Origin: the human T2T-CHM13v2.0 reference genome, Homo sapiens
DNA: 64,000 nucleotides
Assembly: GCF_009914755.1 (NCBI RefSeq)
Contig: NC_060945.1
Direction: 5' to 3' (one strand)
The notes under the pieces were generated by a model, which was not told where the DNA came from, ran no database searches, and saw only the letters and a list, made by a program, of their open reading frames with translations. Of this stretch, positions 40,921 to 55,298 are shown piece after piece. The translations under genes and the position numbers were made by a program. The stretch's first letter is position 1. Each line of letters starts with the position of its first letter.

Positions 40921-42886
40921 CTTAATGTGTAATGATATAAAACCTTCCATTTAAGGTCAGTTAATTTTTAACAAGGGTATCAAAGCATTTTGGTAGGGAA
41001 AAAAAGTATCTTTTCAAAAAATTGTGCTGTGAAAACTGGGTATCACATGGAAAAGAATAAAGTTGTAATCCTATCTCAAATCATATATAAATTTAACTCT
41101 CAATATTTCAAAGAATTAAATCTAAGGGTGAAAACACTAAATCTTTTACAAGACATGTAGCAGTAAGTGTTTACATCTTTAGTTAGGCAATTGCTACTTA
41201 GATGAGACATAAAAGGTGTACGCAGCAAAATATTTATTAAACATAATTCAATTTCTCTTAAAATATGAACAAATTACTTCACGTTCCACATTTAACTTCT
41301 GCACCATTTTGAGAAGGATTTTTTTTTTAATCCCAGGTTAGTATATCAAGATACTTAAAATTTTGCCTATGAAGAAACATGGTAAACACTTCCACAATCA
41401 AAAACAATGGAATCTTCAGCAAAAGATTAGTCTATTTAACGTAAACAAAAACTATTTTATGGGTCTAAATAAAAGAGAAATTGAAATAAAGAAAAATATT
41501 CATCTTGTAAGTATTATTAATTTTTATTTTTTATCAGTTTTTATTCTACTGAAGAATATGGATTGTCTTGTTTTAGGAAACATCTTAGGACGACTCCTTT
41601 AATCATTTTTATTTTTTAATCCTTCTCTATCAGTGAGATACCTGACTTTCAAATAGTTGTTCTGGGATTCCTCCTAACTCCCAAGTAACTCCTTAGGGAA
41701 TATCCTCAATGATCAGATGGTAAAAGGGGAGGCTATGACCAGGAAATATTCTGGGTTTTCTACCTACACTCAAATGAGAACATCTGTCCTTTATCAGCTT
41801 CGAAAATATTTGAAAACATGTAGTAGCATAAAGTACTTTCATATGAATAATTTAGGATGGGATAAAATACAGACGGCAAGTTTTTCAGCTTCGTGAATCA
41901 GGAAACCATAACATGAGTATACATCTTTATTTTATTGTCGAAACATAGCTAATGTTGTCTACTTTTGTTTGTTTGTAATTTGATTCTTTACCAGACTAGA
42001 TCTTTTTCCTCTCAGTTATAAGGAGGCTTCATGTGCATACATCTCTGGATCTGCAAGAACAGAACTTTAGTGTTTGAATTCATTTTAGCAATCCTAATCT
42101 CAGATCCAACTTTCATGTTGATGCCTTTAGAAATAAATAAACTTTTCATTTCTCAAGTACAGAAGAGTCCAGTTTTCTTCATACATTGAATGTGATGGAC
42201 AATATGGGCTGAAGAGTTTGCCAGAGGAAGAAACATGTTTGGTCTCGGAATTAACATGTAAAATATTACAGAACACTCTACATTATCCATTAAATCAAAA
42301 TCATTGTGATATCATCCTGACCCAAATGGAATATTGGGAAGGTTCTGTTTCAGAACTAATTTTTCTGAGGAGTTTTATTGACTAATCGGATCATCCATTG
42401 CTTTGTTCCCTTACTGGAATGGATAAAAAGCTATAAAGCATCATTTTTCTAGGAAATTATTGGAAATGAATTGATCTATTGCTTCTAGACAAGAAAATCA
42501 TGTTAATCTAAAACAAAATGTGCTTTTCAATGGAGATGATCCAAAGAGAAATTAAGATGATTAATTCAAGGCAAGAACAAGTCTGATGGCTGATTAGACT
42601 ACTGGCTGAATGTAGTGAAAAACTTCTTGATAATCATTAAGTGATAGGAGCAACATGGACCATGTTTGATCACAGAAATATAGAAGATGGCATCAGAAGC
42701 TACAAGGATATCTACTATCCTTTGTTCATCCCAGTATCTGGCTTAGTTTATCAAGATTTTGTACAAATGTTCTGTTAGAGTACCTACTTAAACACTTATA
42801 AAATGGCAAGAGTCATCACTAGCAGCTAGAATCTAGATAGCTTTATTTGATAATTTATTTATAAGGATTTAAGAATCAGTTCATTC

Positions 42887-43196
<310 letters not shown>

Positions 43197-44889
43197 CTAA
43201 ACTTTGTACTGACAAATTGGAATGATTCTCAAACCAAGTACCAGGAAACTGAGACGACATAAAATTTTTCTAGAAAGTGAAAGTTACTGCTGAGTCTAAA
43301 ATTTCACCTACTCCAATTCTGAACTTATATGCCAGCCACAGTTTCCAGTTATTTCTACATCGAATTGGATATTTTTTTTTACTCTCAGTGACTTCAGAAC
43401 AGAAGACTTCTTATGATTCATCACATAGGTTAATATATGTTAGCATTGTTTCATCTGACCATATCATGCATCAATTAAAACAGTAGGCAATATTACATAC
43501 TGAACGATTTAAATGATAGTCATTTTTTAAGTTTTATGCTTTTGTTTCTATGTTGGATATTTTCCTTTTGTATTATAATTTTTTTCCCAGTTAGAAACAA
43601 TGGTTTTAACTTTTATTTTTAAAAATTCAAATTTTCAATCAATAGTAGGTAAATTCCAGTTGAAAAATCAAACAATGCCTAAACTTTATTTCATGTATAT
43701 TCCTAATAGAATATTAAGTATAGATAATTAGTGAATAGGAGCTGTGGTATTAACGTGGACACAACTAGGCTGTTGAGATCCTGCCTGTTATTTATTTGTA
43801 AATAAACAATTAAAACCTGCTAGTACTGTCGAAAATTTTCCATTTTTTTCCCCCTTGGTCATGGGACAAACTACATTCATGAGTTTGGTGATGTGACTTC
43901 TCAAATGAAAGCTGGTTAAAAAAAGTTTATTTCAAATGAGAATTTTCTACTAAATACGCTGATGGAACAATGGAAGTAAAGCACATTCTCACACAGAGAG
44001 ATGGAAACTGCTCCATAACTTGTAATGAGAACTGTGTGGGTGCTGCTAATTGAATTTGAGCCATGGGAACTTTTGTCTGACATTGAAAAGAATCTGAAAT
44101 TAAACAGGAGAATAAAAATTTGTCTAAGCAAATTTTGGCAACTATTTCAGCAGCACTTATTTCTGGGCAGCATTTGTGGGTCATTCGGCAATAACATTCT
44201 CTATAGGTTTTCAATGAATTGCTCTTAGTAAATTGGATGTCAGAGATTTTATTTTGGAAAACTTCTTTATACTTCAATGATGCTTTGAACTTTTAATTTA
44301 TGACCCTAATTGTATAATAGGAGGTGGTCTAAGCAGAGTGTTGCCAGGAAAAGCTATTTCCAATAATACAGCTGAGAAGATATTCTGAAAAATCCTTCTG
44401 TTATGAAACACTACAGATTGGCTATTAAAAAATGATTTACATCATTTTAAATATATGTCCTTGATGGAAGCAAACTAAAGGGAATATTCAAAGCTAAAAA
44501 TAAAACAGCAAAATCAAGGAAGCTAATGGTCTCCAATACTAATAAATACCCTGAGAATCCAAAGACCTTAATATGTTGAAGGCAGGCTTGAGAAGATAAG
44601 GGAGAGCCTTGGATAAACACACAATGAGGAGTAGAGTCTAAAACTTCTACATCTATTCTGTCCAAAAAGATTTACATATTCACTGAGATAAAGAACTAGA
44701 AAAATAAAATTCACGTCTTAAAAGAAATAACAAGGAAATGTCTCTGTTTCTCCATGGTTTAAAGTGTTGGAAAAAACTCTCTCCAAAATCTCACAAGTAC
44801 AATGAGCTCCTCAGGGAGTGCTGTGGCCACTAGTTACATCATTATATACTCCCCTAATAAAAGATGCATATTTAATTCTCTACCATTAA

Positions 44890-47284
44890 AAACTTTAATC
44901 TACAATTTAAACTCTCTCCACATAAATTTCTATTTCCATATGCTTTCACCACTAAATTCTGCCCAAATTTGAAAAAGCAATAAACATTACAGAAACTTCT
45001 CCCAAAAACTGGGAAAAAGAAAGCTCTTCCAAACTTATTATTGTATAAGGCCTTAATACCAAAATTTAATAAGGAACAGAAAGTAAAGTGATAATCTGTT
45101 TTTTTCAGTGAACATAAAAACAAAATCCTAAACAAAAATTTTTAGAAAATCAACTCCTACAACATAAAAAACCAATAGAGAAACCAAACAAAAATGTATT
45201 ATATTGACCAGGATTTATGTAGGAGTGCAGTGGTAGATAAACTTTCAACCACATTATCAAAACAAAAAGGTAAAAAAAAAAAAATAGCATGATCTTATTA
45301 GATGCAGAAAAAAATCTAAAATCTAAAATAAAAAATGTAGCATCTGTCCATTAATATAAACCTTCTCAAACAAGAAAAGAGCAGGGATACTCTCTCAAAG
45401 ACTATTTACAGACAGAAACACAAACAATGTGAGGAGTAAATAAAACACATTAATAAAAAATATTGAATGCTTATCATTTGGGATCATAGATTAAACAAAG
45501 ATGACTGCTATAACACTTTTATTTATTATGGTACTGAAACTCAAAACCATTGCATTATATCAAGAAAATATAAGGTTAAGTAGTATTATATAAGGAGGAA
45601 ATATTCGAATTTTGATGGAAAAAAATAAACTTTTATTTTTCAAAATAATTTGATTACCTGCATAGAACACAAAAGGTTTTCTGAAAAACAGCAATACAAA
45701 TAAACAAGGTATCTAAACTCAATTTGCTTAGTTTAGGCCTGAAAAAAGAACCTCAATTACATTTGTATATCTGTCAGTAAAATTAAAAAATATAATTAAA
45801 ATATATTAAAGTTAAACATGTAAACAGAAACAAGGATATTTAGATATGAATATAACAATGATATAAAATTTACCCAGAGAAAATTTTAATTCTCAATGAA
45901 GATTATTAGAAAAGATCTAGTTATGTAAAGATAATTTGCTTATGGGTGTGAAAGACCCATTACTGTAAAGGTATCAATTCTCTGTTAATTGATAAATTGA
46001 ATGCAATTTAAAAATTTTTACATGGTGATTACTTATAAAGAACATTGACAAGCTGAACCTGAAGGTTATAGAAAAGCAAAATAATAATGCTACCAAGACA
46101 CTCCTGAGGAAGAGTAAGCAGGGTGGCCTGTCATTCTAGTTATCAATCTATTATAAAAACTGCAGTGATTAAAATACTGTGTCATGAACATCATCATTTT
46201 AAAAAAGATCTAAGATAGTTATTAGTGAACCCAGAAATTCAATATTACTTAGGTTATGTGAGAAGTAGAGTGTGTTTCAAAAGCCTAATTCTAACGTTGG
46301 CATAATAAATTCATATTCCAATGCAGCAGTAAGGAGTTGATGCCACCTTTCAGCTGCTGGAACAATGTCAGTGGATGCCTGCTAAAATTCAAATCTTAAA
46401 TAAGGTCAAATGTTTCACCACATACTATCAAAATGTCAAGATTTTAATTGAAAGTTACTCATTATAGCAAGAATCTATAAGATCTCATGTTAAATAAAAT
46501 GAGAAAATCAACAGATACTAAAACTAAGATGACAGAAATATTTAAATGATCACAAAAGAAATTTAACACAGCCATTATTAACTGTTTCAACAAGCAATTA
46601 CAAATACATTTGAAACAAATGGAAAGAAAAAGAAAGTATGGCACAGAAATAGAAAGACACATAAAAAAATAGAAGATTAAAAATGTGGAAACTTTAAAAC
46701 TGAAAAATTCAGTAGACAAAATAAAAATATATGTAAGTGTACTTGTATACTGAATATTGCAATATTAAAAAAAATCTAAATAAATAGCACCACAAAGTTT
46801 ATACATTGGAAGAATTATGGTGAAGATGTAAATTCTACCCAAATTGAGAGAAATGTTCATTGCAATTCCTCTGAAAATGCCTGTAATACTTTTCCAGACA
46901 AAAGTTAGTATTGTAAAAGTTTTATTGTAAAAGTTATATAGAAATAAGAGGAAATGAAAATAGCTAAAGCAACACTATAGATAATAAAATGAGTAGACTC
47001 ACTCTAGTCAATACGAAAACTTAAATATGTAGCTACTATACTCATGACGGTATGGTTTTGAGAGGTAGAGATACAACAAAGATAAACAAAACAGAATGGA
47101 GTACCCAGAAATAACTTCCAAACAAGGACAGCCACCCGAGTTTTCATAAAGGTACAAAACAATTCCTGGAGTAAGGATGGTACTTTTAACGAAGGTGCTG
47201 AAGCCACTGGCAATTTATAAGGGAAATAAAAAACCACACCCTACATTAATATTACATAAAAATCAATCATAGACTTAAATATTA
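44890..47284 (+). mobile_element. Mosaic of old L1M ORF2 and ORF1 fragments
   Basis: Decayed ORF2 motifs at 44930-46240 and 46740-47284, with an ORF1-like block at 46430-46730. Confidence 0.7.
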
Positions 47285-48321
47285 AATATGCCTTGGTTCA
47301 AGGGATAGAAAGTCACAGTAAGGATGGCAATGCCAGTGGAACCAAGCTGCTTGAGGCTCTGGACTGCATCCTACCACAAACTTGTCCAACTGACAAGCCC
47401 TTGGTGGTATTGGTACTTTTCCTGTTGGCCAAGTGGAGACTGGTGTTCTCAAACCTGGTATGCTGGTCACCTTTGCTCCGGTCAGTGTTACAACTGAAGT
47501 AAAATCTGTCGAAATGCACCATGAAGCTTTGAGTGAAGCTCTTCCTAGGGACAATGTGGGCCTCAATATCAAGAAAGTGTCTGTCAAGGATGCTCGTCCT
47601 GGCAACGTTGCTGGTGACAGAAAAAACGACCCACCAGTGGAAGCAGCTGGTTTCACCGCTCAGGTGCTTATCCTGAACCATCCGGGCCAGTTCAGCACTG
47701 GCTATGCCCCTGTGCTGGATTGCCACACAGCTCACATTGCATGCAACTTTGCTGAGCTGAAGGAAAAGATTGATATCTGTTCTGGTAAAAAGCTGGAAGA
47801 TGACCCTAAATTCTTGAAGTCTGGTGATGCTGCCATCGTTGATATGGTTCTTGGCGAGCACATGTGTGTTGAGAGCTTCTCAGACTATCCACCTCTGGGT
47901 CACTTTGCTGTTCATGATATGAGACAGACAGTTGCCATGGGTGTCATCAAAGCATTGGACAAGAAGGCTGCTGGAGCTGGCAAGGTCACCAAGTCTGCAC
48001 AGAAAGCTCAGAAGGATAAATGAATATTATGCGTAATACCTGCCACCCCGGTCTTAATCAGTGCTGGAAGAACAGCCTCAGAACTGTTTGTTTCAATTGG
48101 CCATTTAAGTTCAGTAGTAAAAGACTGGTTAATGATAACGATGCATCGTGAAACCTTCAGAAGGAAAGGAGAATGTTTTGTGGACCACTTTGGTTTTCTT
48201 TTTTGGGTGTGGCAGGTTTAAAGTATTAGTTTTTAAAATCAGTACTTTTTAATGGAAACAATTTGACCAAAAATTTATCACAGAATTTTGAGACCCATTA
48301 AAAAAGTTTAATGAGAAAAAA
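47285..48321 (+). pseudogene. EEF1A1P: Processed pseudogene of EEF1A1 (eEF1A1), 5'-truncated at about codon 207
   Basis: Intronless match from NMPWFKG to [10 protein letters not shown] (stop 48021-48023), followed by the EEF1A1 3' UTR ending cccattaaaaaagtttaatgagaaaaaa. Disablements: TGG>TAG in FKGW, a 1-nt deletion near 47315 and a 31-nt deletion after 47403. The pseudogene number cannot be assigned from sequence alone. Confidence 0.97.
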
Positions 48322-49445
48322 TTTACTATTAGACTTTTAGGATATAACATAGGGAAAAACCTTTACAATCTACAGTTTTTTAAAAAGTTTTTATATATAA
48401 CACCAGGAACAAGATCAGTTAATAAAAAAAGATAAATTGACTTCATCAAAATTAAAATATTTTTGTGCGTGCATTATTTTGTAAAGAGAATGAAAAGACA
48501 AGCTACAGACGGAGAAAGTATTGTAAAAGCACATATCCAAAAAAGGACTTATATCTGGAATATGTAAAGAACTCTCAAAATGCAACAATAAAAAATCCAA
48601 TTACAAAATGTCCAAAGATACATAGAGGCATTTCACTGAAAACAACATTCGTATGATAAATAAGCACATCAAAAGATATCCAACATCACTAGCAATTAGG
48701 GAAATGCAAATTAAGACTACAAAGTGATATTACTACACACCTATTAGAACAGCAAAAATTTTAAAAAATTGACGTGACAATACCAAATGTTGGTGAGGAT
48801 ACAAAGAAACTGAATCCCTGATATACTGTTGGTAGAAATGTAAAATGGAACAGCCGCTTTTAGCAGTAGCTTAAAAAGTGGTTTGGAAATTTTGTAAAAA
48901 AACTAAACATATGCTTATCATATGATCCAGCAATTGCACTCCTAGCCATTTAAGCCAGGGAGCTGAAAATGTGTGTCTATGCAAATATCTCTACACAAAT
49001 ATTTATAGTACCTTTATTTATAACAGCACCAAACTGGAAACAACCAAAGTGCTCCCTTATGGACAAGTGCTTAAATAAACTTGGTACATCCATATAATAG
49101 AGTATGATTTAGCAACAAATAGTAACCGACTGCTGATGCAATCAACAGCTTGAATGAATCTTGAGGCTATCACGCTGACTGAAAACAGCTAATCTTAAAA
49201 AGGTCACATAGTATGTAAAACTTCTTACATAACCATAAAAAGTGGCCAAATCATAGAAAAGAAAAAACAAATTAGTGGTTGCTGAAAGGTAGAGTTAGGG
49301 CCTATGAGAAGATGGTGAACGGGACTGTAAAGAAATAGCACGAGGGGAATGTTCATGATAATGGGAGAGTTCTATGGCTTGACTGTGGTGATGTTTACAC
49401 CAGCCTACACGTGTGATTGCACCATGTAGAGCTACACTCATACAT
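48322..49445 (+). mobile_element. L1M (L1MC/MD-like) ORF2 end and 3' UTR, continuing the L1 split by the retrocopy
   Basis: gataaattgacttcatcaaaattaaaa...agggaaatgcaaattaa...atgatccagcaattgcactcctag...aaaaggtcacata. Confidence 0.85.
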
Positions 49446-50149
49446 TGTACCAATGTTCGCTGATAGTCATTGTTGATTTTATTTTTGTGTACTTGATATG
49501 CCATCTATACATTATTTTGCTTGACTTCCAAGCAACAACGTGGTGAAATTAACACTGTGGATATAATTTATAGAAAAATAATTTAGGTTACTGCTTTTAC
49601 AATTCTATAGTTACCACTGCTATTGGACCAAAGGCCTAGTAAAAAAAAAATAAGGTGAAGTATACAGCTATGAAATATGAAGAACCTCCTTACCTGGTAG
49701 GAGGTGGGCTGTTGATTGCTGACATGGTCTTCTACAAGTCTAATGTAACTTAAGGCAGTAGCTCCTTCACTGATTGCCATTCTTTACTGTCTGAACTAAT
49801 TCTATTCAAATGCGGGCAGGTTTGTATAACAATGGCAACAGAAATCCAGATAAAGTCACGTGTTGTCTTTTCTGTTTTATGTCTTCCTTTGCACTGCTTT
49901 TTGGCTAATAAAGCTATAAACCAAATGAGAGTAACCTTGAAATATGTCTTCATCATCCACGCCAGTTTTTACCTTTGGAATCCAGTCCATTATTAATACA
50001 ATTCTTATGCTCATTAAATACGGTTACTTTGTACCTAGAATATTCTGGAATATCTCCCTTTAGACCATGAATCTGTGGTTTTGAGAATTAATTTAAAACA
50101 TTTTCAAAAACCTTTGAATCTGTAAAAGAACAATTTTCAAATTGGAAGG

Positions 50150-50330
50150 TGCATGAGGTAGCAGAAAGATTGAGGAGCAGAGATCATCAGAATTCTTCAT
50201 TCCAAGCCTCCTTCAGTGATTTGCTATTTGACCTCAGGCAATTTACTTATTTACACGGAGTTATCATTTTTCTAAATCAATAACTGGCATTTGGAAATTA
50301 TACCTAATTATCTTAAAGAGAGTTTTTTTC
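50150..50330 (+). mobile_element. MIR fragment
   Basis: ttgctatttgacctcaggcaatttactta resembles the MIR core. Confidence 0.55.
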
Positions 50331-50810
50331 CACAATAAAAAGACACATTGAAAACTTTAAAAAGAGTAATAATTAGCACAGGTTAAATCAAGGGAAGGTT
50401 TGCTGTCATTTGTCTGATATTGAAACAGCAGGAGATAAAAAGTGGGTGTCAAAATACAAAGAAAAAATTAAGACCAATAATTTTGAGTTATCTTTTCAAA
50501 TTTGGTTAATTCAAAAGGAAGAATTACAATGGTATCTTGATTATTTTGTGAATTTTACAAACAAGTTCAACTTGCTCCCATATCAGTTGCTATTTATGGT
50601 GCAAAACAAAAGTGTGAAATGTTATTTTGCAGGTGAAGGACGGAGCACTTTAGTGTGGCTCCATGACATTGTATTCTTATTGCCGAAAGCCTTCATGAGA
50701 ATTTGATGATGTTAAATTGTTACCTTCTTACTCTAGCTATTGACTTGAATTGATATTTGATCTCTTTATAAAGAAGAAAATAAAGTATAACTTTAAAATC
50801 GTATTTTGTT

Positions 50811-50847
50811 TTGAAATCTAACACACTCCTTGAAATCTAACACACTC
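50811..50847. repeat. Perfect 18-bp tandem duplication (19-bp period)
   Basis: ttgaaatctaacacactc c ttgaaatctaacacactc. Confidence 0.95.
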
Positions 50848-52439
50848 ACACAACAGAAATGGATTCATGAGTGACATACATTATTCAGCTATCAAACAAT
50901 CACCAACAGTCACCTCAAGATAAGCTTAATAGGTCATTGCAGTTACCTTTATAATATTAGAAACATTTAGTAAAGAATATTAACTAGGTGACCCAAAATA
51001 TACTGTCTTTTTTGGTTTCTTCTGCAATATATGACTAATTCATTGTAATGTTATCTTACCATGGCAATAATTTTTTATGCATGCCCCTTAGTCATATTCC
51101 TGATACTGTTTAAAATTAATAATTTTCTTTCTTGTCTATAGAATATTCAGTTTTTCATTGTTCACTTAAAATTTAATTTTTTTTCTCCAGAACAACAGAA
51201 AACCTATTTTGGGAAAATAGATATTTCTTATTGTATTTGATTTAGCTTCAGAATTAAATAATATGTTATAATCAAAGTGATTTCGAAGGCTAAGGAGGTA
51301 TTATGGAAAGTGCTCTGGAAAGCTTACTAGAAACAAATGTTCTCAATGAACTAAAGATGAAGAGGATGGATGATCCCATAGCAGCACACTGTGATAATTT
51401 TTAACTGACTTTGTGAGTAATCTATTCTGAACCACACATAAAAGAAAAGAATAAAGCATTTTGTTCCCTACTTTTGTCATTCCTCGGTTAATGTTTTTTA
51501 CAGAGAGAAAATGCAAATCAAAGTTACCTAGGTTTTTTGTATTGCAGCTGTCTTTAAATTAATTTTTTAAAATATCTTCACACACTTACCTATAAAACTA
51601 TAGAAAAATAATAGGGTTAGATGGATAATGGGTAAATGAGATAATTATAAATTATCTTTAATAATGAACCAATACTGCCATCTATCGCTTCCAACACAAG
51701 TCCATTACACATTAAATTAATGTGCAATAGAATGAGGATATATGCCTTTAAGTCATTTTATATAGCTGAAATATCACAAATTTGATAGGCTAAAGTTACA
51801 CTTCAGAATGTATTAGGTTATATACAGCACATATTTGTTACATTACATTGATTATATTTATTATCTTTTAGGACATAGCTTCCATTTATCAGAATTTATA
51901 CCCTTTCTACAAAGTTTTATATCCTCTATATATGGTGTGAGTGTAGGGTCATACTAAGTGTCGGATGTTTGAATCCTGAGTAGAAACTATGGGTGTTGTA
52001 TATAAATGGTATTCAGCTAAAAAATTAAATAAAGCAATCTGCATATATGTAATTTATGCAACCATACTGAGAATTTCCATGCTCAGTTTTATACAAAACT
52101 TGCTGTAAGAAACGAAAGTGAAAAAAAAGTCCAAAATCCTTCTTCCAAGAAGATATTCTTTCAGCAATTCTCCAACTTGCAGTATTGCTCTGGGCTTCAT
52201 TTTGCCTCATATTTTAGTCTACCAGAAGCAAGTGATTATATGTAAAGTGAATCTGGCTTTCAGAGATCTACTTACCTGCCTGGACCCATTCATAATAAAG
52301 TCATAAATGCAAGAAAATAATTGAATGACATCCCGAATATGTTAAACAACAACAAAAGGCAATGAAACAGCAATCCAGAATTCTATACCAGCAAAAACCT
52401 TCTTTAAAAAAAGAAAGTGAATTTGAGACATTTTTGAAA

Positions 52440-52740
52440 GACATGGTGGCTCACACCTGTAGTACAAGCACTTTGGGAGGTCAAGGCAAGAGGATCATTT
52501 GAGGTCAGGAGCTCAAGATCAGCCTGGGCAACATTGGGAGACCTAATCTCTATAAATAATTTTAAAAAATAGCCAGGCATGGTAATGCACACCTGTGGTC
52601 CCACTGTTGGAGATGCTGAGGTAGGAGAATCACCTGAGCCAGGGAGTTTGAGGCTGCGGTGAGCCATGATTGCACCACTGCACTCCAGACTGGGCAACAG
52701 AGTAAGACCTCATCTCAAAGACAAGAAGAAAAATAAAAAG
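52440..52740 (+). mobile_element. AluJ within an old L1 ORF1 remnant
   Basis: AluJ-type gagtttgaggctgcggtgagccatgattgcacc. Flanks include ccagaattctataccagcaaaa. Confidence 0.9.
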
Positions 52741-53638
52741 AAACACTCAGAAGATTTACTCTACAGGAAATACTAAGGAAGGAAAATGATCCAAATTGAA
52801 ATATATTACAGCAAGAAGGATGTGCATCAGAAAGGAAAATTTTAACAGGTGACTGTTTAAGTACCAATTGTAACTATATCATGTAGGAATTTTTCCATTG
52901 GTGTTATTATGGTTTAATGTATATCCAATAAATTTCACCAGTTTTAGTTTACAGTTTCATGAGTTTTGGCAAATGAGTGCAGTCAGATAATCACCACAAT
53001 AATCAACAATATACACCAGTTCCATCATTGGAGAGATTTCTCTAAATGTCCTTTGTGGCTGTGGCCAGCCTCTTCATTAACCCAGCATTCATTGTTTCAG
53101 GCCCCAATAATTTTACAGAGACCATATAAATAAAATCACATGTTACAAAAGATTTGGGTATCACTTATTTATGCATTATGATGTTGTGTATATCAATAGT
53201 TTGTACTTTTTGTCATTTAGTAGTATTCTATTGTAAGCAAATACCATTTTTTGTTTGTTTGTTTGTTTTTATTTCTCAGTTGAGGTACATTTGTTTTGCT
53301 TCCAGTATTGGTATATTAAAAATAAATATGGTATAAATATTCTGATATAGGTTTCTTAGTAAGCTTAGTATTTTGTTTCACTTGGAGAGGTATCTAGGAG
53401 TGGGATTATAGAGTCATATCGCAAGTGTATGCTTGATGCTCTAAGAAGACTTCCAAATTACTTTTCAAAATAACTGTAACATTCTGCATATTCAGTAATA
53501 GTGCATGAGAATTTCTGAACTTTGTGTTCCTATCAACACTTCTCATTGTGAATTTGTTTGTTTAGACGTTTTAATAGGGGTCTTTTGATACATTTGTCCA
53601 GTTTTTCTTTTGGGATACCTTATGACAAATGATGTTGA

Positions 53639-53994
<356 letters not shown>

Positions 53995-54359
53995 AGATTT
54001 TTATCCATTGTTTAAATGGGTTGTTTGTTTTCATATTGCTTGCAGGTTTTAGTTTTTGTTTTTTATTCTGGATACAGATCCTTTATATAATTTGCAAATA
54101 TTTCTTCCCAAAATGTAGTTTCCCCCTCCTTTCTCCTAACACTATATTTCAGATAACAGAAGTTTTAAATTTTTATAAAGACCAATTTATCAATTTCTTT
54201 CTCTTATAATATATGCTTTTGGTATCATGTCTAAGGAATCATTGCTTATGCCAAGGTCCCAAAGACTTTCTTGTATGCTTAATTCTACAAGATTTTAAGC
54301 TTAAAAATATTGTCTTACATTAGGTCTAAAATTGGTTTCAAGTTTTTTATAGGAAGTGA

Positions 54360-54772
54360 GGTATAAATGAGGTATATATGGGGTATAAAAAGAGGCTGTT
54401 GTATATATGTATATATAGATTAAAACATATCTTTATATATACAAATATAAAAACATTTGTGTGTATATAAGTTGCATATAAATATATAACTATATATACA
54501 AATATGTATAATCAACATGTATTTATTATAGAATATGTTATAAATGACATATTGTATATGTTGTATATATAGTTAATATATTTATATAACTTTTATATAA
54601 TTATAATGTTATATATTTAAATAACTTTTATATAATTATATGTTATATGTTGACTTATAGTTATATATAATTATATAAATGTTAAATATGTAGCTATATG
54701 TGAATATACAACATATACAATATTTCACATATAACATATATTCTATAATAAAAATATCCCTTTATATATATG
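54360..54772. repeat. AT-rich low-complexity tract inside L1
   Basis: Degenerate (TA)n-derived sequence. Confidence 0.85.
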
Positions 54773-55298
54773 GTTATCCATTAGTTTCAGCACAATTTGT
54801 TGAAACATTTTGTTTTTTATGCTTAATTATTTTTGCATATTTGTTGAAAATCACTGACTATATTTAGCATTTCTATTGCTTGACTCGCTCTTCTCTTCTA
54901 CAAATTTGCATGTCCATAAATTCCTCAATATCATGCTATCTTGGTTACTGTAGTTTTGCAATCTGATAATGATTTGTCTTGAAGTCAGAAAATGTAAGAA
55001 ACCTAACTTTGTTCTTCATCTTCATCTGTGTTTCTACCTGAAATTTAAAATCAGCTTCTCCAACACTAAAAATATCCTTCTAGTACTTTTTTTGTTGGTT
55101 TTTTAGTTGCGGTGATTTTGTAGATGACATTGAGAATTGACATCTTAATAATAATGATGTCTGCTAATCAACAAACATGAAATATTTTGTTTTATAGTTT
55201 ACAACATAGACATTGCACATATGTTGGAAGATTTACACCTAAAAGTATTTTATGAGTTTTGTAGTGCAATTGTATGTGCTACTTAATTTTTGAATTTG

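Larger units (their letters stand above)
32765..41230 (+). mobile_element. Long decayed L1M element (5' region, ORF1, ORF2) hosting Alu, THE1, MLT1 and MLT2 insertions
   Basis: ORF1-like ggagttccagaaggagaagaa (36920) and acacctgacctacagg (37801). ORF2-like ataaatatatatgcacctaacaac (38504), ctcattttatgaggccaaa (39608) and aaaatcatatgatcatctc (39852). Colinear across the insertions. Confidence 0.8.

Noticed and set aside
42180-42800. Sequence with a coding-like look and stop-free stretches
   Set aside because: Hand translation gave no recognisable protein, and no splice structure can be supported. A tblastx or Dfam search would be needed.
47313-47861. 182-aa and 124-aa minus-strand ORFs
   Set aside because: Antisense shadows of the EEF1A1 coding sequence with no independent support.
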